A stretch of 64,000 bases of DNA from Peribolospora baueri (lineage: Eukaryota). The stretch lies in assembly GCA_029717555.1 (NCBI GenBank), contig JAMDHS010000098.1, positions 1-64,000 on the forward strand. The letters run 5' to 3'. The translations under genes and the position numbers were made by a program. Each line of letters begins with the position of its first letter. Position 1 is the stretch's first letter. The notes below the pieces were generated by a model. It did not search any database. It was given only the letters and a program-made list of their open reading frames with translations, and had not been told where the DNA came from. This document shows, one piece after another, positions 1-15,156 of this stretch.

Positions 1-4
1 CCAC

Positions 5-32
5 AAAAAAAAAAAAAAAAAAAAAAAAAAAA
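5..32. repeat. poly(A) homopolymer (28 nt) downstream of BTN1
   Basis: Direct reading of the A run; it is poly(T) on the BTN1 sense strand. Confidence 0.9.
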
Positions 33-103
33 GCCGCACCGCCCGCACCGCTGCGAAGAGGAAGGAAAGGAAGACGAATGGCCGGCGCGGCCAGTTCGCC
101 CAA

Positions 104-2665
104 CTAGAGCTCCTTACAAAGCGTCCTTCCCCTCGCCACCTGGACGTTACAGAGCCAGATCTCGAGAGGCATGGAGCAGAGGGAGGCGAGGAGGATGCCG
201 GCGCTATCGCCGACGCCGATGCTGCCGATGCGGAACTCGCGTTCTTGAGCTAGTCGGGACGGCGATTTGCGCTGGCGTCGACGGCCGGGCCGACGCCCAG
301 GTTGTGGCGGGCGGGGCTCGGCGACGCCGTCCTCGTCTTCCTCGTCTTCCTCGTCCTCGTCGTGACCGGCTACGCCAATCTGATAAAACACGCTGACGTA
401 CGCCAATCCCCCGCAAATGCCCTCGGCAGCGACAAGGACGATAGCGAGGCTAGGCGCGATGGAGGGACGAAACCAAGAGGCGGCGGACTCTGTGGTGAGG
501 AGTAGGAAGATGATGCCTTGGACGATGGCGGGGATGGGGATGAATTCGGTGGGCAAGGCGGGTAGTCGGAAGAGAGAGACGGAGGAGCGAGCGAAGAAGA
601 CGAAGATCTGTTTGGGCGGACGTGGACGGGAACGGGGACGGGGAACGGTTACAAGATCGTCCACCGTCAAGAAGGAAACGAGCAAAACGAAAAGAAAGTT
701 TCTCACTTGGTAATCTAGTTGATAGAGGGGGTACCAATCTCTAAGGCTGTGTACGAGGTGTTTGAGAAGCAGGTGCTCATCGCCCGGCACGGGGTAGATC
801 AACGTTGGAGCGACGCCCTGAAAAAGGAGAAGAAAAAGAAAAGGCAAGCGAGGTAGGAGAAAGGAGGAGACGGACGGGTCAGAGCGAGCGGGCGGATGGC
901 GACGCAAACAGAGCGTCCCAAACGTCGAACGCGATCGCCACCCATCACCTCGCGCCACACACACCTGATTGATGGTATACTCGAACAAGTAGACGAGCAC
1001 GAGCGGCAGGACATAGGGCAGCAAGAGCGGCTTGACGAGGTCCCACTTGTCCTGCACGCTCAAACCCCACTTCTTCTGCTTTTCCGAGTCGTACACGTCC
1101 AGCATCTCGCCCAGGTCCTCTCCCTCCTCCTCTTCCAATCCCTCTCCGACGTCCCCTTCCTCTCCCGGCTCCGCCTCCGCCTCCGCCTCCGCCACTTCCG
1201 CCTCCTCGCCCGCGCCCTCGCCGTCACGGACACTCGGTTGCTCCTCGTCTCTCCGCCTCGCGTTGACGCTGTCCCTCAAGTCCAGCCGACTTCTCAGCAC
1301 GTCTTCACGAAGCGAGTAAGGATGCGGAGCGCTGAGGATGGGGCGGGAGGCGAGGACGGGGGAGGAAGGCGGGAGTCTTGGATCGTGTGCGTTTGCGTCT
1401 CCGGTGGGCAGGGCGACATAATTGGCAGGAGCGGTCGAAATGACGGAAGAGGGTGGTGGGAGGGCGAGGAAGTAGTCGATGGACATGCAGAAGGGGAGAA
1501 ACTGTGGAAGGAACGGCAAGGCAGCGAGGCCGGTCAGGGGTGATCGGCCGCGGGCGTGTACTCGAGATGAGAGCGTACACGCAGGCGACGTACGGGGCAA
1601 GAGGCTCACCGATAGGATCGCCAATCCTCGTCGAACGCCAAGACCCCTGACGAGCCACCAGGCCGCCGCTCCGACGAGACCGGCGGCACCCTGAACATGG
1701 GAATGGGCGAAAAGGAGGCGATGAGTGGAGCGGGAAGGACAACGGCGGGGGAGGGGGGGGAACACTCACTGTGCCGCTGGCGAACCAGCCGACGGCAGTT
1801 CCGGCCGCCGTGGACGAATATGTCGTAGAGAGCTGCGAAACGGGGGACGGAGGGGTTGAGCGAAAGATGGCACGAGAGCCGACAGGGACGTGCGACGACG
1901 GCGCTCACTTGCAAGCAGGTGAGCTCTCCAAGGCCGGAGGAGAAGCTGGCGATTCCGATGCCAAGAAGGCGAAGGAGGAGAGAGTCGAAAGCGGCGATGA
2001 TCTGGGCGGGCGGGAGAAGACATGAGGGGACGGGCACGTAGGGTGCGAAAGGCGATCGGCGGTCGGAGAGAGGGAGAGCGCGTATACGATCGGATGAGCA
2101 TCATCGCGTGGCCGCGTCCAAAAAGGAGAGAAAGCGGGACTGACCACCATGCCACCAAAGCTGAGAAGGGTACAGCCGAGGACGCGACGAGCGTAGCGGA
2201 TCTTTCCGGTGAGCATATAAGGCCACACGGCCTTGGCCACGAGGGCTGGGAAGATGTTCATGAACGCAACAAGCCCCTGGCGGTCACGGAGGAGGGACGA
2301 GGGAGGATGAGCGGGGACGGACGGAGCCGGTGGGTCGACGCTTGCTCGCTCGGTCGCTCTCGCTCCGCTCACCTTGGGCACGTCGGGCGGGACAAGATCG
2401 AGGGCGGCGGTGAGGATGATGACATAGACGACGTTGTTCAACAGTCCAAAGGCGAAGAAGGCGATGGAGAGACGGAGGTGGGCCTCTCGGTACGCTGAAG
2501 GACGGGCGGCGATCAGCTGCGGCCCGCGCGGGTGGAGGTGGTTGGAGCGAAGAAGACGAGAGGCTCACCGGGTGCGCTAGGCGGCGAGAGGTCGTCCATC
2601 TCTTCTGCCTCGGCGTCGGACAAGCGGGCATGTGCAGAAGACACGTTCGGACGAGAGGATGGCAT
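104..2665 (-). CDS. BTN1: Battenin / CLN3-family vacuolar membrane protein (multi-exon)
   Basis: Exon peptides: GLLNNVVYVIILTAALDLVP, LLGIGIASFSSGLGELTCLQ, GAAGLVGA, PLVLVYLFEYTINQGVAPTL, YPLYQLDYQIFVFFARSS, EGICGGLAYVSVFY, REFRIGSIGVGDSAGILLAS. ATG at 2665, first donor GTGAGC at 2568, stop TAG at 104-106. Confidence 0.93.
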
Positions 2666-4627
2666 GGGGACCTGACGAAAGGCAGAGGGGGAAGGCGAGT
2701 CGGTATGGACGAGGTGCGGGTGGTGGTGAGGGCGAAGGACAAGCGGGTTGAGCTCGACGGGGCGCGGTCGGTGTGCGTTGAGCATGCGGCGAACTGGCGA
2801 CCGGCGGCGTCAGAGGCAGGCAGGCTGGGCCGGGCCAGGCTGTGCCTGTGCCTGTCGGAGAGGGCGACGTCGAGGGCGACGTTGTGGGCCCAGGAGGGGA
2901 GCGAGCGTTGGTGGTGGGGGCCAAGTTAGGAGGCGGTAGGAGGTGAGTGAGATGGGATGTTAGGTGTGAGTGTCGGGCGACTCTAATAAGGCTCGATCGA
3001 GGTCGCGTGCGTTCTTCGTTCGTCTCCGGCCTGGCCGGGTGCGTGCGCATTCATCCATCCCTCCATCACATCCCTGGCTGGGTGGCTGCGGCAAGGGCGA
3101 GCTCGACTGCGGCGCAGCGCGGGGCAGATAGGGACGATAAGGAGGGACGGATGGCATCCGGCACGGCCGCCGCTTTCGGCCCAGTTGGTCACTCGATCAG
3201 ATCATCGGTCGCTCACCGTCGACGTGATCCGGCCTGGGTGCGGTCAACAGACTGGACGAGAAGGAGAGGTCGTTCGGTTCATCTCTTGGCTCTCCGTGTT
3301 TTCTCTCCTTCCTTGGCCTGCGCCGCGGATTCTTCTCTATCTCCTCGTCTTTTTTTCGAGCCTTTTTTCTTTTTCCTCGTCCTCGTCCTCGCTCCTCACT
3401 TCCGGCGGCTACCCTTTCAGTCGCCGGGCGGCAGTGGCGGGGGACGGTGAATATGTACGAGACTACCATTCGGAGGGGAGGATGGAGTGTGTTAAAATGC
3501 CACTGCTTGGCTTGTTGCAAAGAAAGAGAGGATGACGGTGGTGGATCCGAGAGAGGCGAGCGACGACGGGAGGCCAGAGCGCGCGCGGAGTTGGGACGGA
3601 CAGACACAGCCACGCGCACACCACCACCACCACACGTACACACATACATCCATACATACACGCCGACCTCGTTCGACGCTCCACCGCCGGTTCAGGTCAG
3701 CCGCGACCGGAGGTGGGACGTGCAGGGCAGTGCAGGGCGGCGTGGCGCGGGCTGCATACATACATGATCGATCGATCAGAAGAGGTGGAGGAAGAAGGAA
3801 GAAGGAAGGTCGACTTTTTTTTTTTTCAAGGTCAGCACGGCTAAGTACGGTCAGGCGGGGCGGCGGTGCGGCGCCGAGGAGGTTGCGTGAGAAGGCCGTG
3901 TCGGTCGTTCGGTCGGTCACCATCGACGGTTGTCCACACACGGCCTAGTAGATCGATCGCATCGGGCCGCTATCGTACATGTCGTTGCAGGCAGACATAT
4001 GCTTAGGGTCGGACGTACAGCAAGCTAGCCTGAGCGTCCGATCACACAAGCGGGCCGACCTACCTGCGTACCTATGTCTACCTACCTTCTTATGTGTGCT
4101 CGCGCACCGCCGTTATCGTGATCGGTCGGTGGTGGACAGACCAGACAGACAGACGCGAGCGCTATGGCAACGGCGTCTCGCGCCGACGAGCGGCGTCGCA
4201 CACGCCCGCCTCCGCTGTCGGTCCGGGCCCGCTCGTGCAGGCCGACGTTGGACGTGACGAGAGGCGAGCGAGCGGACGACGGTTGCACGGTTCTGGAGTG
4301 GAGCGGAAACGAGGACATGCGATCAGTGAATACGCATGCGAGCAAGCAAAGGTGCAGGCAGGATGGGCATGAAGTGTCCGCCCGCGTCGGCCAAGACAAG
4401 ACAAGACAAGACGGGCCTTCCTGATTCGCAGACGAGAATGGGAGGGTAAATAAGGCGGTCCGGTCCGGTCGGCGCATCGGTCCTGCCAGATCGTCGTCGT
4501 CTCTCCGAACGGTCGAGTCGAGCCGAATCGGCCTCACGGCTAGAACGATGGAAGGCCGGTACGCGTCACGACAGGCTTCCCTTCTTTCCAGCAAAGGCAA
4601 CAAGCGAATTCACGCGTCAACGTGTCA

Positions 4628-4683
4628 TGACGTCAAAGGAGAAAAGAAAAAGCCAACGAGCGCGCGCGATGACGTGACGTGAG
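4628..4683. promoter_or_regulatory. ATF/CREB-like site TGACGTCA plus nearby TGACGTGA half-sites in the BTN1/CCCH divergent intergenic region
   Basis: Perfect palindrome TGACGTCA at 4628-4635 and TGACGTGACGTGA at about 4670-4682. Function is untested. Confidence 0.3.
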
Positions 4684-5231
4684 CGCCAAGGCGAGCGGAC
4701 GGGGGCCGTTGAGACGTTTGGGTGGCGAGGAGCACGGTGGGTCTCAGCGGGTCGGCCAGCAGGCGGCGAGTGGGCTTCCGGCGCGGACAGGTTGGGTTGA
4801 ATTGGCCTTTGTGGCGACTGTCGTCGTCGCGGCGGTCGATCCTAAGCCGGGCGGGGATGAGACGAGATTCAACGAGACGAGACGAGACGATGACGAGGCG
4901 GATGACGGCGCCTCGTGACCGTCTAACCCAAGGAAGGGTTCGATTCGATTCGATTGGAGGCGATGCCATCGTGCGCCGTCGCGTCCGTGCGCGCGTGAGG
5001 ATGTGACATCATATCGACTCGACTAGACATAGATATGGACGGATGGCTCACACGTTTCGTTTCGTCTCGTTTCGTCTCGCCTCGTCTCGTCTCGCTGGGC
5101 GGCTGGGAAGGAGGGATGAAGGCTGGCGTATGTCTGTCTGTCCCTGTCTGTTCGTCAGTCTGTCTGTCCGTCCGTCTGTAGATCCGTCTGTCATCTGCCA
5201 GGTCGGATGTGGCGCGTGTGTCCGTGCCGGC

Positions 5232-5447
5232 CATACATACATACGTACATCATACATCATACATACATACAAACTGACGTACATACAACATAAATGCATA
5301 CGGTACCTACATACATACCTGCAGACCTACCTACCTACATACAATCCATACATTATATCCAGATCGAGACTCCGAGTCCTCGAGTCCTCGAGTCGTCTGC
5401 AATCCCATCATATCTCATCTCATCTCATCTCATCTCAGCTCATCTCA
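5232..5447. repeat. Compound microsatellite (CATA)n / (CCTA)n / (ATCTC)n
   Basis: Visible degenerate tandem tetra- and pentanucleotide repeats. Confidence 0.8.
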
Positions 5448-5928
5448 TTTGAGCTCAGCTCCTCGTGGCGTATGTCTGCCTGTCTGTGTGTCTGCGCTTG
5501 TCGCGCGTCGTCGTGCGCGTGGTCGGGCCGTCTCTTCTGAGCGCTTGGCTGGCAGCCTTGCCCTCGTCGGTCGTCCATGATCCGTAGCCGGCATCAACAA
5601 GGGCCGGACGTTCCTGTTGACGTGTTGGCTCGCCCGACCGTGCGTCTGCATCTGCATCTGTCTCGCCCCCTTTTTTCGTTTGCGCCCCGCCCGCAGCGTC
5701 GTCGGCGTGCGGCCGTAGTGTAGTGGTCGATGGAATAAGGAACAAGGCCCTGCTCGTTGTTGACGCCCGCCCGCCCTAAGCCTTCCCCTCGCGTCGGCTC
5801 CGAGAAAGGTCATTTTGCCTCTTCGTTCATGACCTGCTTCCATTCCGTCGCCCTTTCTCTTCGGACAGCCGAGTCGAGTCGACTCCTATCTTCCTTTCCT
5901 CGCCTTTCATTTCCTTTCCCTTCTTTTC

Positions 5929-5976
5929 CTCTCCCTCTCCCTCTCCCTCTCCCTCTCCCTCTCCCTCTCCCTCTCC
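5929..5976. repeat. (CTCTCC)8 polypyrimidine hexamer repeat
   Basis: Direct reading. Confidence 0.9.
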
Positions 5977-6723
5977 TTCGACCGACGTTGGACAGGGCCA
6001 CGGCCGGTCGCATGCCATCGTCGGACTCCCATCTCTTTTGTTCCTGTCCTACCCTCACCTCTCCGCCCGGCGTCGGCCTACGCACGTTCGAACCCGAACC
6101 CGAACCCGACCCTCGCTCTTCATCCTAGCCGCCTTCCTCCCGACCGCGACCCCTTGCCGCCTTTTATACGACACCTCCATCGTCGGCGCTCGCTCGCTCG
6201 GCTCCTCATCGTCTCCGTCTCCTTCTCCTTCTCCGTCTCCCTCCTTCTCTTCCTGCCCTCCTTCTTCCCACCCTTCCTTCCTCCCTGGGTCGTCCCCTTC
6301 TTCTTCTCCCTGCGCAACCCCGTCCCATTTTCCCGCATCCCTCCTCTCTCTCTCCCTTTCCCACCCTTTCCCTTTTCCTTTCCCATCCTCACGCCGCTTC
6401 TTCGCCTCCTCGCTGCACGCCCTCCCGCACGCCCTACACCTTGCCCTCCCATTTCCGGCCCTTGCCTCCCTTCTTCTCGCTCCGCCCACCGTCTAAGACG
6501 TCAAGACGGAGACGAGACGGACGGACATACGGACGATCGAACGAACGACGTCACATCTCACCCTTCTCCCATCAGCGCCACTCCATTCAATCCACCTCGT
6601 CCCTCCCACGACCACCTCCTTCCCTCCCTACCAATTCGCCTCGACCATCACCGCCATCGCCCTCTCGGCCTCCATCGGAGGACCAAAGAGAGCCGAGCCC
6701 CCTCGGCAGCTCAAGCGGACGGC

Positions 6724-8718
6724 ATGTCCTCCACCCTCGCCCACATCCACCTCCACCTCCACCACCACCCCCTCCTTTCACGCGTTCAGGGCGCGCACGA
6801 GCCCTCCACCGCTCCTCTGACCTCCCCCACACGCCCCTACCACCGCCACCGCCACCACCACCACCGCTTCTCCTACGCAGACACCAACATGCACCCAAGG
6901 CCACACCCTCCCCCACTCTTACCCACCGGTCTCGTCGCCACCGCCGCCCAGTCAATGCGGGCCGGCCACTTGCACGTTGGCGGCGGCGGCTGGAACGGCC
7001 CCAGCATGGGCACCGCCATCGGCGGTGACCACCTGTGGTTCGGCACCACGCTCACCGACGTCGAACACAACTACGAGACCAGCCGCAATAACCTGCACGC
7101 TCTCGCCCGCGTCCAGGCAGTCCACGAGCAGCTTCACACCTCTGCTCCGCCCACCTATGTCCCCCACCCCTCCGCCTCGGAACGCCCGACGCCCGCCAAC
7201 GGTTCGTTGGCCGCCGGCCCGTTTGCGCCGCCTCTCAGAGGCGCAAACCACTGCTTCGGTCACGGCCACGGTCGCGGTCACACTCACGGTCACACTTTCC
7301 TCCCACCCCCGCCTGCCCCGTCGCATCGTCCAGTGCCAGACGCCCAGCATGCCCACATACGTCCCAACGTGCCCGCCTCGACGTCTCTCCCTCCTCCGCC
7401 TCCGCCTCCGCCGCCCGTCGCTCATGCTGACTTGCTCGCCGCCATCGCTCTCAGCTCGCAAGCTCAGGCTCTCGCCGCACTCGCACGGCTTGAACTTGGC
7501 GGACAAGGAAAAGGATCGGGACCGGTCGCCGGCCCCACCAGTCCTCCCGTAGATCCCACTCTCCCCAAGCCCGACGGGCCAAGCGCGAACAACCGTAAGC
7601 GATTTCTTCTTTTTTTCTGACTTTGGCGCACGCCCGCTCACCTACACACCACCGCACGCGAACAGGCAAGTTGGGCTTGTACAAGACGGAACTCTGCAGG
7701 AGCTGGAACGAGAAGAGGAGTTGCAGGTGAGAGAAAGAGAGCGCGGAAGGATAACGTTAGACAGACGGAAGGAGAGGGAAAATTTCCGTGTCTCATCCGC
7801 TCATCCGCCGCGTCTCACCCGCGTCCAACCAACCAACCAACGCTTTTCTCTCCCGTTTTCAAAAGTTACGGAAGCAAATGCCAGTTCGCGCACGGGCCAT
7901 CCGAGCTCCGCGCCGTCCAGCGCCATCGCAAATACAAAACAGAAGTGTGCCGCACATTTTGGAAGCTCGGCTCGTGCCCGTATGCTAGTCGTTGCGTGTG
8001 AGTGCGCGTGACGGTCGACGGTCGTTGGATCCCGCGCGCTGACAGTGTGGCCCTCGTCGCCAGTTTCATCCACACCAATATCCGTCCTCTTAACGGCTTT
8101 GGCAACGACCCGGGAGACACCGATCCCGCGAGCCAGCAGCCGCTCATCGCTCGACGCTCGCGCGCCGCCGCTGCCGCCCTCGAGGCCGCCGGCAAGCTTT
8201 CCACTGGCGCCTCCAAGTCGCCCACGCTCTCTCGTCCAGCTCATCCACCCGTGTCCTCCTCTCTGGCCTCGGCCGCGCCGCCTCGTGACTCGCTTGCATC
8301 TTTGGCCTCATGCGCTCCGTCGGGCTTGCCTGCCGTCTCCGCAGTGTCCCCCCTCTCCCCGACCTGGCTGGATCGCCAAGCGGGCCTGTCTCAGGACGAG
8401 TATGAGTTCCTCCTCGCCAACGACCACCTCTCCTCTTCCATCAGCCTACCCCCGGACCCTCGCTTTGCCGGCGCCGTTGCCGTCTGTCCCGACTTGCTGG
8501 CACAGTCCGCCGCCGCGTGGACCGACTTGCCTTGTGCCGAATGGGCCACATTTCCTCCGGAAATGATGACGAACCACAACGTTGCAAGCCGACATCCGAG
8601 CCTCAGCAGCGGCTCCGCCTCGACGAGCACCGGTTCGGTAACCACAACCTCCCCACCTTCTTCCGTGCCGCCCACCAGCCCGGGCCAGCCGCCGATCCGC
8701 CCGTTTGGCCCAGAGTGA
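6724..8718 (+). CDS. Tandem CCCH zinc-finger mRNA-binding protein, TTP/TIS11/Cth1/Zfs1 family (about 572 aa)
   Basis: Exons 6724-7594, 7666-7726, 7866-7997 and 8064-8718 splice in frame to [64 protein letters not shown]. This gives two C-x8-C-x5-C-x3-H fingers with YKTE lead-ins. The start could alternatively be the ATG at 6889. Confidence 0.92.
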
Positions 8719-9871
8719 GGGTCGTACCGTATTTGTTATTTCGTCCATGTCGTGGCCATACTGCTATTGGGCCCATTTGTGGCCGTACTTATTGCTATGC
8801 CCGCCGTCCGTCCGCCTGTCCGTCGTTATCGATCTCGTACGTCATATGTCGACCGTTCCACCCGTCCTATCAGCAGCAGTCCAGCCCAGTCCATCATCCT
8901 TATCTTTGTCTTTGTCTTTGTCTTTGTCCTTGTCGTTTCTTCGTCTTCGTCTTCGTCTTCGTGCGCGCGCGCTTGCTGGCCCATGTCCGTCGCCGTCAAT
9001 CTATCCGCTTGTTCCTTTTCCTGTCCGGCCTTTATTCGCTCTGCTTTTTTTTTTTTTAGTTGTTACCCCCCCACCTGTTTGTTACCCGACGAGGAGGTTT
9101 GCTCCCCCAGATCCTCGTTGTTGTGTCCCGCTTGTGTGTCCCATACCTCCGTCCATACCTCGTTCTCATCCTGTCGTCTCCTCCAATCTCTGTGGCCATG
9201 TAGAATAGGTAACATTCGCACTGTAAGTGCCTACGTATCGATACGATCTCCACCGGACCGCCTTGTCTGTCATCCACCCTGTCCTGTCCTGTGCTAGATT
9301 GGGTGGGCCGACGACCGCCTTGTTCTTCTCTCCTTCCAATCGTACTTTTATGGCCGGTCAATGCGATTATGAATGCGAGCATCATTCTGGCTATTCGTAG
9401 CTGATTTTGTTATATGGATGTTTATTATTGTCCGGCGACGACCACATTATCCTGTCCTCATAGGGACAAAAGACGACTGCGGCGAGCGACGACACGCCCA
9501 TTTACGCGCGGTGCACGACGCGTCGTGGCCCGACCGGACGCGCCGCCGCGCCTTCTTTCCCCTGAGGCACCGATCGTTCGTTCGTTCATTCCCACATATC
9601 CGTCCATCCATCATCCATCCATCTCATCTCTTCTCGTCTCGTCTCTTCTCTTCTCTACTCGATTCGACTCGATTCGACTCGTTTTGTCTCGACTCGTCAT
9701 ATTATCACATCACATCATATCGCCCTCTCCCTCCCGGACGTTCGTAGTCGTCACCCTCGCCTTACCACCCTCCGACCTTTCCTTCCTCTTTCCTCTTCCC
9801 TTTCCATTCCCTCCCCGCCCTCCTCGCCCTCCCCACCCTCCCCACCGCCACGCCAAAGAAACACGACGAAG

Positions 9872-13022
<3,151 letters not shown>

Positions 13023-13120
13023 CTAAGGCCGGTCGCTGACGTCGAGTCCCGCCCTCCCTCTTCGATACTTTTATGCTTTCGGTCTTCCCCTTCTCTTCGT
13101 CTCGTGCACTCATGACGACC

Positions 13121-13146
13121 GGGGGGGGGGGGGGGGGGGGGGGGGG
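13121..13146. repeat. poly(G) homopolymer (26 nt) between convergent MCM3 and thioesterase genes
   Basis: Direct reading. Confidence 0.9.
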
Positions 13147-13326
13147 AGATCGTGTTTTGTTGTGCGTCCTTTCGTCACATGGCCCGTCGCGTTGTATCTT
13201 TAGTCCGTCTTCTCTCCTACCTACACTGCTTATCCCACGTCCTCACAAGCTAAGCCGCCTCCATTCCGTTCGATTTCACGTCACACACGCACTGGGGGGG
13301 GACGAATGAAATGCGTGGCCGACTAA

Positions 13327-14118
13327 TCACAGCTTGGATTTCGCTCTCCCTCCTTCTTTCCCTCGGCCAGGGCTGTCGACGTTGACGAGCAGGTTCTCGA
13401 GGCCCTTGCGAAGCGGTTCGGGCATGCGCTTGACGGGTCTTCGAGAGGAGCGGTGGACAAAGACGTGGGTGAAGGTGCCCACGACGGACGCGGGCGGGAG
13501 CGAGGCGGGCGAGGGCAGACGCGGTCGGGGTGGTGGTGGCCAATCTTCTTCTTCTCCGCCGTCGCCGTCGCCGCCTCCGACGAGCGCGCCCTCGTCGTCT
13601 CCGTCTCCGTTCGCCGTCCCCGGTGCTTCGCGCCGTCCGTCGAGCTCCCAAAGGCCGAGGACGTAGGTGACAGAGCTGGAGCCGAGTCTTGCGACTTTGA
13701 GGCCGACGAGGAGGGTAGAGGGAAAGGAGGTGGGCGCGTAGTACGTGGCCGAGGAGTGGACGACGAGGCCGATCGGCGAGGCCGAGGAGCTGGAGTCGTC
13801 GGCGGCGTCGATGAAGGGACGGAGGGCGCAGCGGTGGATGAGATACCGGTTCACGGCGGTGTCAAAAAGCTGGTACGACGCCGCGTTGTTGACGTGGCCG
13901 TACCTGGCAGGCGGGGAGGAGGAGAAGGCGGTGAGAGGAAGAGGGTCGGTCGGCGGGCGACTGCGAGGTGGATGACGGGACGACGGTGCGCTCTCGTCTC
14001 TCGTCTCTCGTCCGAGGATCGACATCGACGCTCACATGTCATTGTCGCTCCACCTCGCCACGATGGGCAGGAAGTAGCGATACGTTTCCGCCCTTCGGTC
14101 TTGGTCTGCGACCTCCAT
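13327..14118 (-). CDS. Hotdog-fold acyl-CoA thioesterase (4HBT/YbgC-like), 219 aa, C-terminal SKL
   Basis: Exons 14118-14036 and 13903-13327 join to [33 protein letters not shown], followed by GLKVARLGSSSVTY and GTFTHVFV. The protein ends AKSKL*. Confidence 0.88.
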
Positions 14119-15156
14119 CACTGTCTCCCTGTCCGCGTTGCAGGCAGGCCGTCGTCGTCGTCGTCGTCGTCGTCGTACGGAGTCGCAACGTCGGATGGGC
14201 GGAGCGTCGACTGCGGCAGCGACGCAGTGCGGGGTACGCCGGCCCGGCGATCAACGTGGCCGATCCGCCGGATCATGTTAGGTCGTTCTTTCTCAGACGT
14301 CGTCCGTTGTCAGCTTCGTTCATCGTACATACAGCTCGATCGCATCCTGTCTATCACATGTGCCCCGCCCCTCGGGATAAGGACGAGGAACGTGCGCGAT
14401 GGCCAGCTGCGTCGCACCGGCGTCGTGACGAAGAGGGCCTGCTAGAACGCCGGCCAGGGACGCGACGCGTGCGTCAAGACGCCGACGAGCGACCGATGGG
14501 CGCTGGCGAGGAGGTCGTGGTCGGGCAGGCGACGGCGTTCAGATACGAGACCTCGTTCGAAGCGACCACGACCACGACCACGCCTGCGTCGTCTCACTCC
14601 CTCCTTGTCTCACGCCGACCGACCGATCGGTCCCATCATCACCGCCAGCGAATGATTCCGGATGCCCGTTCGGTCGCTCGTCGGTGACCTGGCTGCGTGC
14701 GCGTGGCCACCACCGCCTCGGAGAAGAACAACAGCATTCCTGGCCTCTTGATGGATGGCCAGGCCTAGTCACCCATCGTTCGCCCGCGAGAACAGACTCC
14801 GGGGTCGAAAATCTCCACATCGTACCCCCCGTCGCTCGTTTTGACCCCGGGCTCGTTGCGCTGACAGCCTGTCCACCGCAAATGGTTCAAATGCTCCTGC
14901 TCGCGGAACGGCTCGACGGATCGTCTCTTTCCATCGTAGTCCTTCCCCCGTCCTCTCCCCCAGACCTCCACTTCCATCTTCACCAGTCTCACGTCCTTTC
15001 TCTCCGTCTTTTTTTCGTCTCGACGTCGTCTTCGGTCTGCCGGTCGGATTGACAACCCGTCATTGAATGAAAGGGGCGTGAATCAGCGGTGACGAACTGA
15101 ACTCGTCCCGGTGTCGCCCTCGTTCTCTCCCCGCTCATCTCAAAGATACTCTAGCC

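Noticed and set aside
8719..9430. AU-rich autoregulatory elements in the 3' UTR of the CCCH gene
   Set aside because: No canonical TTATTTATT; only partial matches.
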